Below are positions 47,025 through 55,353 of a DNA stretch of 60,818 nt, piece by piece (within the stretch, counting starts at the first letter, position 1; each line of letters starts with the position of its first letter). A program made the translations under genes and the position numbers. Origin of the DNA: a virus (taxonomy: Duplodnaviria; Caudoviricetes). Location: positions 1-60,818 of IMG/VR virus record IMGVR_UViG_3300026382_000017; one strand, given 5' to 3'. The notes under the pieces are model-generated. The model saw only the letters and a list, made by a program, of their open reading frames with translations, did not search any database and was not told the origin of the DNA.

Positions 47025-48278
47025 TTAGGTACCAAAATTAACTACCTTCTCTTTTTCTATCTCTCCTTTTTCATTAAGAAATAAAATTACCTGTGAAGGT
47101 ATGGCAGCTAACCAACCATTATTATAACTATATTGGTTAGTCCCCATCAAACTACCCACTCCTATTGCGAAGCCTCCATTTGGTAACATTGTTTTCATAT
47201 ATTTATGTAGATGTCCTGATAAAATTAAATAAGGCTCTATATTAAATACTTGTTTAGCTAATTGTATTGCCTTTAAAATTTCTGCTTCTTTCATAGGATT
47301 ATATTTTCTGTTCATATCTCCATGAAATGCAAAAGCCCATTTATTATTTGGTAATTTTATTTTATGATACCCTTTAAATGCGTAATTAACATTAGCTACA
47401 CCAATTAACTGTATTTTAACTAATTCAAAAAATATATGACTAAAATCATATGGTTTATGTATTACAACAGGGTCATCAAACAACCTTTCGTGATTACCAG
47501 AAATTATTTCGAGCGTTATATTTTTATACGTTTTACTTAGACTTTTTACCTTAGCTACTAAATAAGTTGAAAATTGAGCAATTGCTTTTGTAACGGGTAT
47601 TTCCGCAATTAATTGACTTCCGTGAATTATTCCATCAAATATATCACCTAAAATTGCAATTGTTAAGTTTTCACTTTGATAAGACATTTTTAATAATTTA
47701 TCAAAAACAATATCAATTCTTTTTATAGCTATTTCGTAATTAAACTCATTCATATCCCCTACATTTTCTTTTTCTACTTTTGCACCTATATGCAGGTCAC
47801 TTAACACAACCAAATTTAAACCATTAGGTATAAAATAAGGCGATTTATGTTCTATAATAACAGGTTCTATTTTAACTTCAGTTATCTTCTTTAATTCTTC
47901 TCTTATTTCTTCTAATACTTTTTCCTCTCTTGCACTTAATCTTACCTGCTTTCTTAAAAAATTATTTTCATCTCTGCATTTTATTAAACTTTTATGTAAT
48001 TTCAAAGCTTTTTCATTCATAAACTCTAAGTCATTTGTAAGTTGTATTACTAAATCCTCTTCATTTGTTAATCTTCTTTTTAGAATATCTAAATCTGTAT
48101 TTCTATGTTTTTTCTTTAACCTCAAACCTAAACTTGCCGCTATTTGTCTAACAGGCATAACTCCTATACCTAATTTTAGAGCAATATCTTCTCTACCATA
48201 ACCGAGTTCATACAATTCTAAAAAATCATCAACTTTTATATTATAATGTTCTTCTATTCTTTTAACAATTTCCTTCAT
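47025..48278 (-). CDS. Calcineurin-like metallophosphoesterase with N-terminal HTH/coiled coil
   Basis: SDLHIG, LGDIFDG, GNHER, FHGD, GHLH. Confidence 0.88.
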   Translation of the reverse strand: MKEIVKRIEEHYNIKVDDFLELYELGYGREDIALKLGIGVMPVRQIAASLGLRLKKKHRNTDLDILKRRLTNEEDLVIQLTNDLEFMNEKALKLHKSLIKCRDENNFLRKQVRLSAREEKVLEEIREELKKITEVKIEPVIIEHKSPYFIPNGLNLVVLSDLHIGAKVEKENVGDMNEFNYEIAIKRIDIVFDKLLKMSYQSENLTIAILGDIFDGIIHGSQLIAEIPVTKAIAQFSTYLVAKVKSLSKTYKNITLEIISGNHERLFDDPVVIHKPYDFSHIFFELVKIQLIGVANVNYAFKGYHKIKLPNNKWAFAFHGDMNRKYNPMKEAEILKAIQLAKQVFNIEPYLILSGHLHKYMKTMLPNGGFAIGVGSLMGTNQYSYNNGWLAAIPSQVILFLNEKGEIEKEKVVNFGT

Positions 48279-48766
48279 ATATTCTCCTTATAATTTTTTA
48301 ATGTTAATTTTGCAATTGCATAAGCATCTACTAAATCATCAATTTTTTTGCTATCAACTAATAAAAAATCCTCTATAACATCTTTTGGGGTATTTTTTAG
48401 CATATCTTCTTTTTTAGCTCTACCATTCCCACAATAAAATTTCTTTATACTGCTTGGTGTATAACTTTTTATGTTATAACCTTTATTTTTTAATGTATAA
48501 AAATAATAACCATTTTGCATTGCAAGTTGGGCTACTTTTCCTTTGCTAAAAAAACTAACACTTTCAATTCCTACTGCTTTTATTTTCTCACCTATACTAT
48601 CTGTTATAATAAATAATTCTTTTCCTATATCGATCACTCTTTCTTCAAAAGTCTTTTTTTTACTTTTAATTAAATAACTAAAAAGATAATTACCTTCTAA
48701 ATCAATAAAACAAACTCCTGTATTAGTTGAACTAATATCTAATCCTAATACTACATCACATTTCAT
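48275..48766 (-). CDS. RuvC-like Holliday junction resolvase
   Basis: LGLDISSTNTG, GIE, PSSIKK..GNGRAKKEDM, DDLVDAYAIA. Confidence 0.88.
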   Translation of the reverse strand: MKCDVVLGLDISSTNTGVCFIDLEGNYLFSYLIKSKKKTFEERVIDIGKELFIITDSIGEKIKAVGIESVSFFSKGKVAQLAMQNGYYFYTLKNKGYNIKSYTPSSIKKFYCGNGRAKKEDMLKNTPKDVIEDFLLVDSKKIDDLVDAYAIAKLTLKNYKENI

Positions 48767-48785
48767 TCTACTTCCTTTTTAATAA

Positions 48786-48814
48786 ATTATATCAAAAAAT
48801 AAAATAAATGTCAA
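48786..48814 (-). promoter_or_regulatory. Consensus sigma70-type promoter
   Basis: TTGACA-17-TATAAT. Confidence 0.8.
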
Positions 48815-48839
48815 GAGTAATTAGAAAGTTACATTAAAG

Positions 48840-48987
48840 ATAACTTTATCTAAATAACTATATGATATGGTTTTCCGCACTTTTATGAAAAAAATGAATT
48901 TTTATTAAAATCTCCGAAAAATGGGACTTTTGTGGATTTTTAAAAAGTGCGGAAAACCATATCATATAGTTATTTAGATAAAGTTAT
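48840..48987. repeat. Perfect 45-bp inverted repeat (58-nt spacer) built from the family A core; second candidate origin
   Basis: 48840-48884 is the exact reverse complement of 48943-48987; lies between divergent promoters. Confidence 0.9.
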
Positions 48988-49126
48988 TACTATAAATTGT
49001 GATATATGTATTATATATTTGTTTTATATTACAATTTCAAAACACACTTGTAAACAATTTAAAATTGTTTATGAATGAATTAGCTAATAAATAAAATATT
49101 ATATAGATAGATAATAAAATAAATTA

Positions 49127-49155
49127 TTGACATTTTTATAAAAATTTGTTATAAT
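49127..49155 (+). promoter_or_regulatory. Consensus sigma70-type promoter
   Basis: TTGACA-17-TATAAT. Confidence 0.8.
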
Positions 49156-49189
49156 AAGTTATATTAAAAATATTAAGTAAGGAGATATA

Positions 49190-49462
49190 ATGAAATTAGT
49201 GATTGAACATTTTTTAGCAAAAAAAGAAGTTGTCTCTTTATTAAGAGAGAAGAATATTTTATTTACTATTTATTCCCCATTAAATAGTAATGTAAAATTT
49301 TCTCTTTTAGAAATTGATAAAGATATTCTTTCTAAAAAAGAAATGCAAAGTTTATTAGACTACATTTCTTTTATTGATAGAGATGATTATCTTACTTTTT
49401 TACAAAATAGATTTCAAAATACTGATTATATTCATTTTGAAATTTTAGAGGAGTTAAAATGA
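49190..49462 (+). CDS. Hypothetical protein
   Basis: 90-aa ORF, AAGGAG RBS. Confidence 0.7.
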   Translation: MKLVIEHFLAKKEVVSLLREKNILFTIYSPLNSNVKFSLLEIDKDILSKKEMQSLLDYISFIDRDDYLTFLQNRFQNTDYIHFEILEELK

Positions 49463-50358
49463 AAGATTTACTTATTGTTGATACAAGACTATTAGCTTAT
49501 GAAACTTATCATAAACATTTACCTTTTATTTCTTTTATTCAATTTATTAGTGATTATGTTTCAAACTATGTTTTACCAAATAGAATTGTTTGGGCGTATG
49601 ATAGTAGAGAAGGAAGTAAACGGAGGAAACAACTTTATCCAGAATATAAAGCACATAGAAAAGAAAGAATAAAAACTGAAGCAGAAAAAAAGAGATTAGA
49701 AGTTTTTAATAATAACTATAATAAAGTTGAAAGTATATTACAAAATTTAGGAAATGTAATTCATTTAGCTGGCTATGAAGCTGATGATTTTGCAAACATT
49801 TTAACAGATGAGTTAAAAGATAAATATAATATATGGTTATTGAGTTCAGATAAAGATTGGCTTGTTAATTTGAAAAGCAATAACATTCAACAGTTACATT
49901 TAAAAAGAGGGTTGATTACTTTAAATAATGTTAAACAAGAATTTGGTGTTATGCCTGAAAATATAATAAAGGCACAGGCATTAGCTGGTGTAGCAAAAGA
50001 AAATGTAAAAGGTATTTATAGATTAAGCGAAAAAAGAGTTTATAAAATGTTGGATGAGGGCTTGACATTTGATGAAATTTTAGATATAATTACAAAGTGG
50101 ATTGAGCAAGGCAAGTATGGAATGAAATTACCTGATGGTTTTAATTCGGTTAGAGAAATGTATGATTTTAATTATGAAGTGTTACGCCCCCTAACACTGA
50201 ATGATTTAACAATGGATGAGCAAACTGAATTAAAACGTCAGATAAATTTTAGAAAAAAGAAATCTGTTGAACAAATTGAACGAGAAATTATTGAGAATTT
50301 TAATCAACCTTTGTTATTTAACGAACAAATGAAAAAATTTTATCACATTAAGGAATAG
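49459..50358 (+). CDS. 5'-3' exonuclease/flap endonuclease (T5 D15-like)
   Basis: LLIVD, RKQLYPEYKAHR, GYEADD, SSDKDW, ALAG..KENVKGI. Confidence 0.92.
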   Translation: MKDLLIVDTRLLAYETYHKHLPFISFIQFISDYVSNYVLPNRIVWAYDSREGSKRRKQLYPEYKAHRKERIKTEAEKKRLEVFNNNYNKVESILQNLGNVIHLAGYEADDFANILTDELKDKYNIWLLSSDKDWLVNLKSNNIQQLHLKRGLITLNNVKQEFGVMPENIIKAQALAGVAKENVKGIYRLSEKRVYKMLDEGLTFDEILDIITKWIEQGKYGMKLPDGFNSVREMYDFNYEVLRPLTLNDLTMDEQTELKRQINFRKKKSVEQIEREIIENFNQPLLFNEQMKKFYHIKE

Positions 50359-50359
50359 G

Positions 50360-50854
50360 ATGAAAAAATTTTTGATTATTGGATTATTAAGTATAGATTT
50401 GTTTGCTTTATCTCCCAAGCAAATATCTATACTTAATTGGGTTTATAATAAAGCTAAACCCTACAATCTACAAAATACAATGAGTGCAATTGCTTATGTA
50501 GAAAGTGATTTGGGTAGGTATAAAATTAATTTACAAGATGGTAAATATGGTAGTTTTGGTATTTTTCACAATTTGTTGGAAAGTGTTTGTAATAGACATA
50601 ATTGTTATACTTATTGGGATAAGTCAAGGTTAGCAGAAAGATTGGTTGAAGATAAAGATTTTAGTTTTAGTGAAGCAATGGCTGAATTTCAATATTGGTA
50701 TAATTATTGGTTAAGCAAAGGTTATTTTAAAACAATTGCTTGGAAAAGAGCAATCTGCTCTTACAATGCTGGATATAATTGGAAACAAGGGTTAAAATAT
50801 TATAGAAAGATAGTAAAAGCGATAAAATTTTTGAAAAAATATATAAAGGAATAA
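50360..50854 (+). CDS. Secreted lysozyme-like/lytic transglycosylase protein
   Basis: Signal peptide; AIAYVES, SFGIFH, AICSYNAG. Confidence 0.75.
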   Translation: MKKFLIIGLLSIDLFALSPKQISILNWVYNKAKPYNLQNTMSAIAYVESDLGRYKINLQDGKYGSFGIFHNLLESVCNRHNCYTYWDKSRLAERLVEDKDFSFSEAMAEFQYWYNYWLSKGYFKTIAWKRAICSYNAGYNWKQGLKYYRKIVKAIKFLKKYIKE

Positions 50855-50855
50855 A

Positions 50856-51884
50856 ATGACATATCGGGAGTTAAAACAATTAAAAAATCTACCATTAGAA
50901 GAAAAGATAAAATTATCTGAACAAATTATAAGAGAAGTTTATAAAGAAAATAAGGGAAATGTAAATGTGAGTTTTAGTGGTGGAAAAGATAGTACAGTAG
51001 TTTTACATTTAGTTAGAAGTTTATATCCTGAAGTAAAAGCAGTATTTTTTAATACTACAAATGAACATAAAGAAATAATAAGATTTGTAAAAGAAACAGA
51101 AAATGTAATTTGGTTAAAGCCAAGAAAAAGTTTTAGTCAAATTTTAAAAACAGAAGGCTATCCTCTTGTGAGTAAAGAGATAAGTGAGTTGCAAAAACTA
51201 ATAATGAAACAATTTAGAGACAATAAATATTTAAAAAGTATTTATTCTATGAGTTTTTTTGGAAAAAATAAATATAAATTCTCAAATAAGTGGTTATGGC
51301 TTTTAGATGAAGAAGTTGCAAAACACTATTTTAATTCACCAAAAGAAGTGGTAAAAAAAGAAAGTTGGTATAAAGTTTTAAAAGAAAAAGAACAGTATTA
51401 TTTTGATGTTATAACTAAAAAACGAAAAGAATTAGATTTAAAAACTAATGATAGAATTGTTTTAACTAATTATTGTTGTAATGTTTTAAAGAAAAATCCT
51501 TTTAAAATTTATCAAAATAAGACAAAAGAGGTTAGTTTTATAGGGTTAATGACAGAAGAAAGTAATTTAAGGTTGCAAAGTATTTTAAAAAATGGTTACA
51601 AACACGATTATAAAGTTTATCCTATTTACTTTTGGACAGAAAAAGATATTTGGGATTATATAAATAAGTATAATGTTAAAATCTCAAAAGCGTATGAGAC
51701 AGAAAAGAGGACAGGTTGTGTGGTTTGTGGCTTTGGCTTACAATATGATAAAATAAAAATCAAAAGAGCTTATAATTTACAACCAAAAAGGATAAGTAAT
51801 TTATTAAACATTAAAAATCAATATTCTACTTTAACTTTTGGTGAAGCTATTGAAAAAGTCTTACTAAGTTTAGAAAGGAGTTAA
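50856..51884 (+). CDS. PAPS reductase-family PP-loop protein
   Basis: VSFSGGKDSTV, CCNVLKKNP, PIYFWTEKDIWDY, RTGCVVC. Confidence 0.88.
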   Translation: MTYRELKQLKNLPLEEKIKLSEQIIREVYKENKGNVNVSFSGGKDSTVVLHLVRSLYPEVKAVFFNTTNEHKEIIRFVKETENVIWLKPRKSFSQILKTEGYPLVSKEISELQKLIMKQFRDNKYLKSIYSMSFFGKNKYKFSNKWLWLLDEEVAKHYFNSPKEVVKKESWYKVLKEKEQYYFDVITKKRKELDLKTNDRIVLTNYCCNVLKKNPFKIYQNKTKEVSFIGLMTEESNLRLQSILKNGYKHDYKVYPIYFWTEKDIWDYINKYNVKISKAYETEKRTGCVVCGFGLQYDKIKIKRAYNLQPKRISNLLNIKNQYSTLTFGEAIEKVLLSLERS

Positions 51885-51885
51885 A

Positions 51886-52236
51886 ATGTCTTTTGAAAAA
51901 GTAAAAATAGTAGTAGAAAAAGATAGCAAAGATTATTATTTTGAGTGTGGTTTGGGTTGTATGTTTGCAACCTACTCTTTATTTAAACCCTCTGTAAATG
52001 ACGAAGTAAAATTGTTTGATAGAGTTTTTCACCCATATAAATATTATATTTATAAAAAATTGTTTGGATTTATTAAAATATATAAAATTTGTTGGGTATC
52101 TCCTCAAATAGATTCTTATGAAGAACTTGCGGAATTTTATTATAATAATATGTTAAAACAATTACCAAACGGAGTTAAATTAGATTGTTTAAAAAACTGT
52201 ATTACACAAAATATTAAGGATATGGAAAATGACTAA
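51886..52236 (+). CDS. Hypothetical protein
   Basis: 116-aa ORF, AAGGAG RBS. Confidence 0.7.
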   Translation: MSFEKVKIVVEKDSKDYYFECGLGCMFATYSLFKPSVNDEVKLFDRVFHPYKYYIYKKLFGFIKIYKICWVSPQIDSYEELAEFYYNNMLKQLPNGVKLDCLKNCITQNIKDMEND

Positions 52237-52918
52237 ATGGGATTTACCTATGATGAAGACTGCTTTTGTTTGGGCAGAACAAAGTAAATGTACCAGAGCA
52301 AAAGTTGGAGCAGTTATAGCAAAAGAAAATAGAATTATAGCAATAGGATATAATGGTACTCCTTCAGGATATAAAAGAAAAATCAAAGAAATTTGTAATT
52401 GTTGTAATGGTAGTGGAAGTGTATTAAATTATTCTTGTTCCTGTTGTAATGGTGAAGGTTTTATTTATGTTCCTCATAAATATGATTGTGAAGAGGAACA
52501 GTTAATAACAGTTAGTAAATGTTGTAATGCAGAAATTAAAGAAAATAAAAAAGAAGGGAAAGTATTTTGTTTAAAATGCGGAAAGCAAATTGGATTTATT
52601 GATTTTATGAATGGTTCAGACAATTATAGACTTGTTGGTGATTTTGAAGTGAAAAAAGAATTGAAGACTAATCATTCAATTGTTATTCATGCTGAAATAA
52701 ACGCTATATCATTTGCGGCTCGTTATGGAATACCTCTTAAAGGAACAACTATGTATATTACAATGAGTCCTTGTTCTGAATGTGCGAAAGCAATTATTCA
52801 AGTAGGTATTAAAGAGGTTGTGTATTATACTGAATATAGAGATACTAAAGGTATTTCATTTTTAAAAGAAAATGGTGTGAAAGTTAGACAATATCAAGGA
52901 GTAATAAATGTCTTTTAA
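52229..52918 (+). CDS. dCMP deaminase with Cys-rich insertion
   Basis: SKCTRAKVGAVI, GYNGTPSG, HAEINAI, PCSEC. Confidence 0.92.
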   Translation: MTKWDLPMMKTAFVWAEQSKCTRAKVGAVIAKENRIIAIGYNGTPSGYKRKIKEICNCCNGSGSVLNYSCSCCNGEGFIYVPHKYDCEEEQLITVSKCCNAEIKENKKEGKVFCLKCGKQIGFIDFMNGSDNYRLVGDFEVKKELKTNHSIVIHAEINAISFAARYGIPLKGTTMYITMSPCSECAKAIIQVGIKEVVYYTEYRDTKGISFLKENGVKVRQYQGVINVF

Positions 52919-53123
52919 AAATTTGTTTGGTATTATTATAGCAGTTTTTGTTGTTATTTTTGTTTTTTGTGTTGTTATAACTTTAAGTTATTTGTTTGGT
53001 TACATTATTGGGTGGCTAATAATGAAAATATCAGGAGTAACAATTTTGGGAGGAGTATATTTACCTAAGCTATTAGGGATTTTAAATGTAATTTTAGTAT
53101 TGCTTTTTGGTAGTAGGAGGTAA
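52908..53123 (+). CDS. Small membrane protein
   Basis: Hydrophobic throughout. Confidence 0.65.
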   Translation: MSFKNLFGIIIAVFVVIFVFCVVITLSYLFGYIIGWLIMKISGVTILGGVYLPKLLGILNVILVLLFGSRR

Positions 53124-53125
53124 TT

Positions 53126-53350
53126 ATGCTTTATGAAGATAAAATAAATAAAATTAGTGTTGTTATTACAGATAAGGAAATGTTATTATACTCTCTTATT
53201 ATTCCTGAAAATCTTGTAAAAGATTTTAAAACAAATAAAGAAAGTGTGCTTTTATATCACACTGAACCAAAAAAGAAAGTTAAAATAAGAAAGCAACCCG
53301 ATAGAAAGAGAATAGAAAAAGAAATAAAAAAATTATTAAAGGAGAGATAG
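53126..53350 (+). CDS. Hypothetical protein
   Basis: 74-aa ORF, GGAGG RBS. Confidence 0.65.
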   Translation: MLYEDKINKISVVITDKEMLLYSLIIPENLVKDFKTNKESVLLYHTEPKKKVKIRKQPDRKRIEKEIKKLLKER

Positions 53351-54288
53351 TGAAATTGGAAAAAAGAAGTGAGTTATTTTCTGCTGGGTATTATAATACA
53401 GGAAATACAGGGTTTTTGGAATTATGGGATTTTAGTGATGCAAATTTATCTATGGAAAATAGAGTAAAAGCTGTTTCACAAGTAGCGTCAGTTTGTTTTG
53501 GAAATAATGGTTTAAAACCTAATTTTAAACTTTACGATAAACTTTCAAGGGAAAGTATAGGATTGCCTTCAAGCAGTTTTGAATTTATACCTGTTATTTT
53601 AAATGAACATAAGATAAATCTGCTTGATAGTCATTTTAGAGTTGTTATGCAAAATTTTTATGGTTTGTTAAAAACAGGAAGTGAATGGAATTATAAAGAT
53701 TTTGTTCCTAATGTAGTAAGATATGGTTATGTTTTTGTGGATAAAGGAAAACAATATATTTTAACTAATTTAAGAGCATTAATGTATGATTTAGAGTTTA
53801 TTCAAAAAAATATTACATCAAAACATTTACCAAGTGTTGATGACAAGTATTGGTTAAATACAAAAGAAGAAGTTGAAACTTATATTAAAAAATTATTTGT
53901 TGTTTTTAGAGTGAAAGCTACAATAAGGGATTTTAGACAATTATTCCGCCATAGAAGAGCTTTTCAACAAGAATTGTCTCGTAGATATACATCAGGTGAA
54001 AAAGTACCTTTTGAATTTAGATATAATTTAGAAATGGCAAAATATTTTGCAGATAGACTTATAAAAAGAGATGAAGAAGCTGTTGATATGTATTTTGAAG
54101 CTGTTGAAAATGGTTTTAAAAAAGAAGATGCAAGAGACTTGTTGCCTGTTTCTTTATATTCTATTGCGTGGATAGGATTTTATCCTGATGGATATGCTAA
54201 TTTTTTAAATTTAAGAACGAAAAGTTCTGCACAGAAAGCAATTAGGGAAATTGCAGAAAAAATGAGAGATTTTAAACAAATTTATTAA
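53350..54288 (+). CDS. thyX: FAD-dependent thymidylate synthase
   Basis: RQLFRHR..FQQELSRRY, KEDARDLLP, FLNLR..SSAQKAIR. Confidence 0.9.
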   Translation: MKLEKRSELFSAGYYNTGNTGFLELWDFSDANLSMENRVKAVSQVASVCFGNNGLKPNFKLYDKLSRESIGLPSSSFEFIPVILNEHKINLLDSHFRVVMQNFYGLLKTGSEWNYKDFVPNVVRYGYVFVDKGKQYILTNLRALMYDLEFIQKNITSKHLPSVDDKYWLNTKEEVETYIKKLFVVFRVKATIRDFRQLFRHRRAFQQELSRRYTSGEKVPFEFRYNLEMAKYFADRLIKRDEEAVDMYFEAVENGFKKEDARDLLPVSLYSIAWIGFYPDGYANFLNLRTKSSAQKAIREIAEKMRDFKQIY

Positions 54289-54295
54289 AAATCTC

Positions 54296-54324
54296 TTGAC
54301 ATTCTTTTTGTTTTGTGTTATAAT
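54296..54324 (+). promoter_or_regulatory. Consensus promoter for the coiled-coil gene + ncRNA unit
   Basis: TTGACA-17-TATAAT. Confidence 0.8.
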
Positions 54325-54350
54325 TTTGAAAAAGTTAAAAAGGAGTATTT

Positions 54351-54962
54351 ATGAAACTAACAATAACAGAAGCAATAGCAAAAATAAAAGTTTTAGAAAA
54401 AAGAATTAAAAAAGAAAAAACAAGATTAGAAGTTGGAAAGATAGTAAAAGCAATTGATGTAGATAGTCAGGAAAATAGAAATTATTTAAAAGAGTTAGAG
54501 GCTCAATTTCAATCGATTAATGATTTGACTAATAATTATATGAAAATAAAAGCTAAAATTGCTGAAAGTAATGCTTCTACAAAGATTAAAATAGGTGATT
54601 TGGAAATGACTATTGTAGAGGCGTTAGAGAGAAAGAATAAATTAGATGATGAAATTTCTTTTTGGGAAAGATTGTTATCTGATTACAATGAATTAGCAAA
54701 TAGAGTTGAGTATAACAATGAACAAGTGATGGAAACAATAAATAAAATGCTTGAAACAAAGTTTTCAGGGGAAAGCAAAACATCAGCAAAAGATGCAATT
54801 GAGTTAAAAGAACAACTTTATAATGCTGATAAATATACTTTGTTGACATCTGATAAAGTTGTAAAAGGTATAAAAAATAAAGTTGAAGAGTTGACTGAAT
54901 TTGCAGAGCAGATTGACACTAAATTATCTATTGTAAATGCAACTACATATATAGAAATTTAG
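54351..54962 (+). CDS. Conserved coiled-coil protein with two internal T(I/V)xEA...(S/V)NA.T.I repeats; putative RNA-binding oligomer
   Basis: MKLTITEAI..IK.LEKRI ... IAESNASTKIKI ... MTIVEALE ... LSIVNATTYIEI; own promoter and RBS. Confidence 0.85.
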   Translation: MKLTITEAIAKIKVLEKRIKKEKTRLEVGKIVKAIDVDSQENRNYLKELEAQFQSINDLTNNYMKIKAKIAESNASTKIKIGDLEMTIVEALERKNKLDDEISFWERLLSDYNELANRVEYNNEQVMETINKMLETKFSGESKTSAKDAIELKEQLYNADKYTLLTSDKVVKGIKNKVEELTEFAEQIDTKLSIVNATTYIEI

Positions 54963-54967
54963 TTGAT

Positions 54968-55243
54968 AGACTGCCATACCGAAAACCAAAAACACAGGGC
55001 TTTGACAATTGAGCCTGTCAATTGTTAATTAAATTATATAATACTGAAAACAGAAGAGGCTGATAACCTTAATACAGTTATTTTATGTTAAAAGAGTAAC
55101 GCTTAAAGTTTAAAGAATAAATAATAACGATTAACTACTAACTTCTAATTATTAAAGGGTAACGAGTAAAAAGTATAAAATCCCGGAGTTAGTTTAGTCG
55201 TTTCTGTGTTACGCAGGTTTGTACCGGGCTGGTGTGGCAGTCT
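54968..55243 (+). ncRNA. Putative structured ncRNA (13-bp closing stem, pseudoknot, 11 x UAA-N4 heptamer tract)
   Basis: AGACTGCCATACC (54968-80) pairs with GGTGTGGCAGTCT (55231-43); AAACC/GGTTT, AACACAG/CTGTGTT, crossing CCCGG/CCGGG; GC-enriched stems in an AT-rich genome; no ORF. Confidence 0.8.
55097..55173 (+). repeat. Eleven in-phase 7-nt units, each starting TAA
   Basis: TAACGCT TAAAGTT TAAAGAA TAAATAA TAACGAT TAACTAC TAACTTC TAATTAT TAAAGGG TAACGAG TAAAAAG. Confidence 0.95.
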
Positions 55244-55256
55244 TTTATAAAAAGAC

Positions 55257-55285
55257 TTGACATTAGTTTTGTTTTATTGTATAAT
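55257..55285 (+). promoter_or_regulatory. Consensus sigma70-type promoter
   Basis: TTGACA-17-TATAAT. Confidence 0.8.
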
Positions 55286-55353
55286 TATAATGAAACTAAT
55301 GATAAAAAATTAGTAAAACAACTTTAAAAAAATATTAAAAACAAGGAGTAAAA

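Noticed and set aside
55097-55173. CRISPR mini-array, type III antitoxin array or ordinary microsatellite
   Set aside because: Units are only 7 nt with 3 fixed bases; type III antitoxin repeats are ~35-nt or longer near-identical pseudoknot units; no two heptamers are identical
54968-55243. RNase P RNA, tmRNA, SRP RNA or group I intron identity for the structured RNA
   Set aside because: No GAGGAAAGUCC P4 signature, no tRNA-like ends or tag ORF, no SRP loop motif, no recognisable group I core, and it does not interrupt a gene
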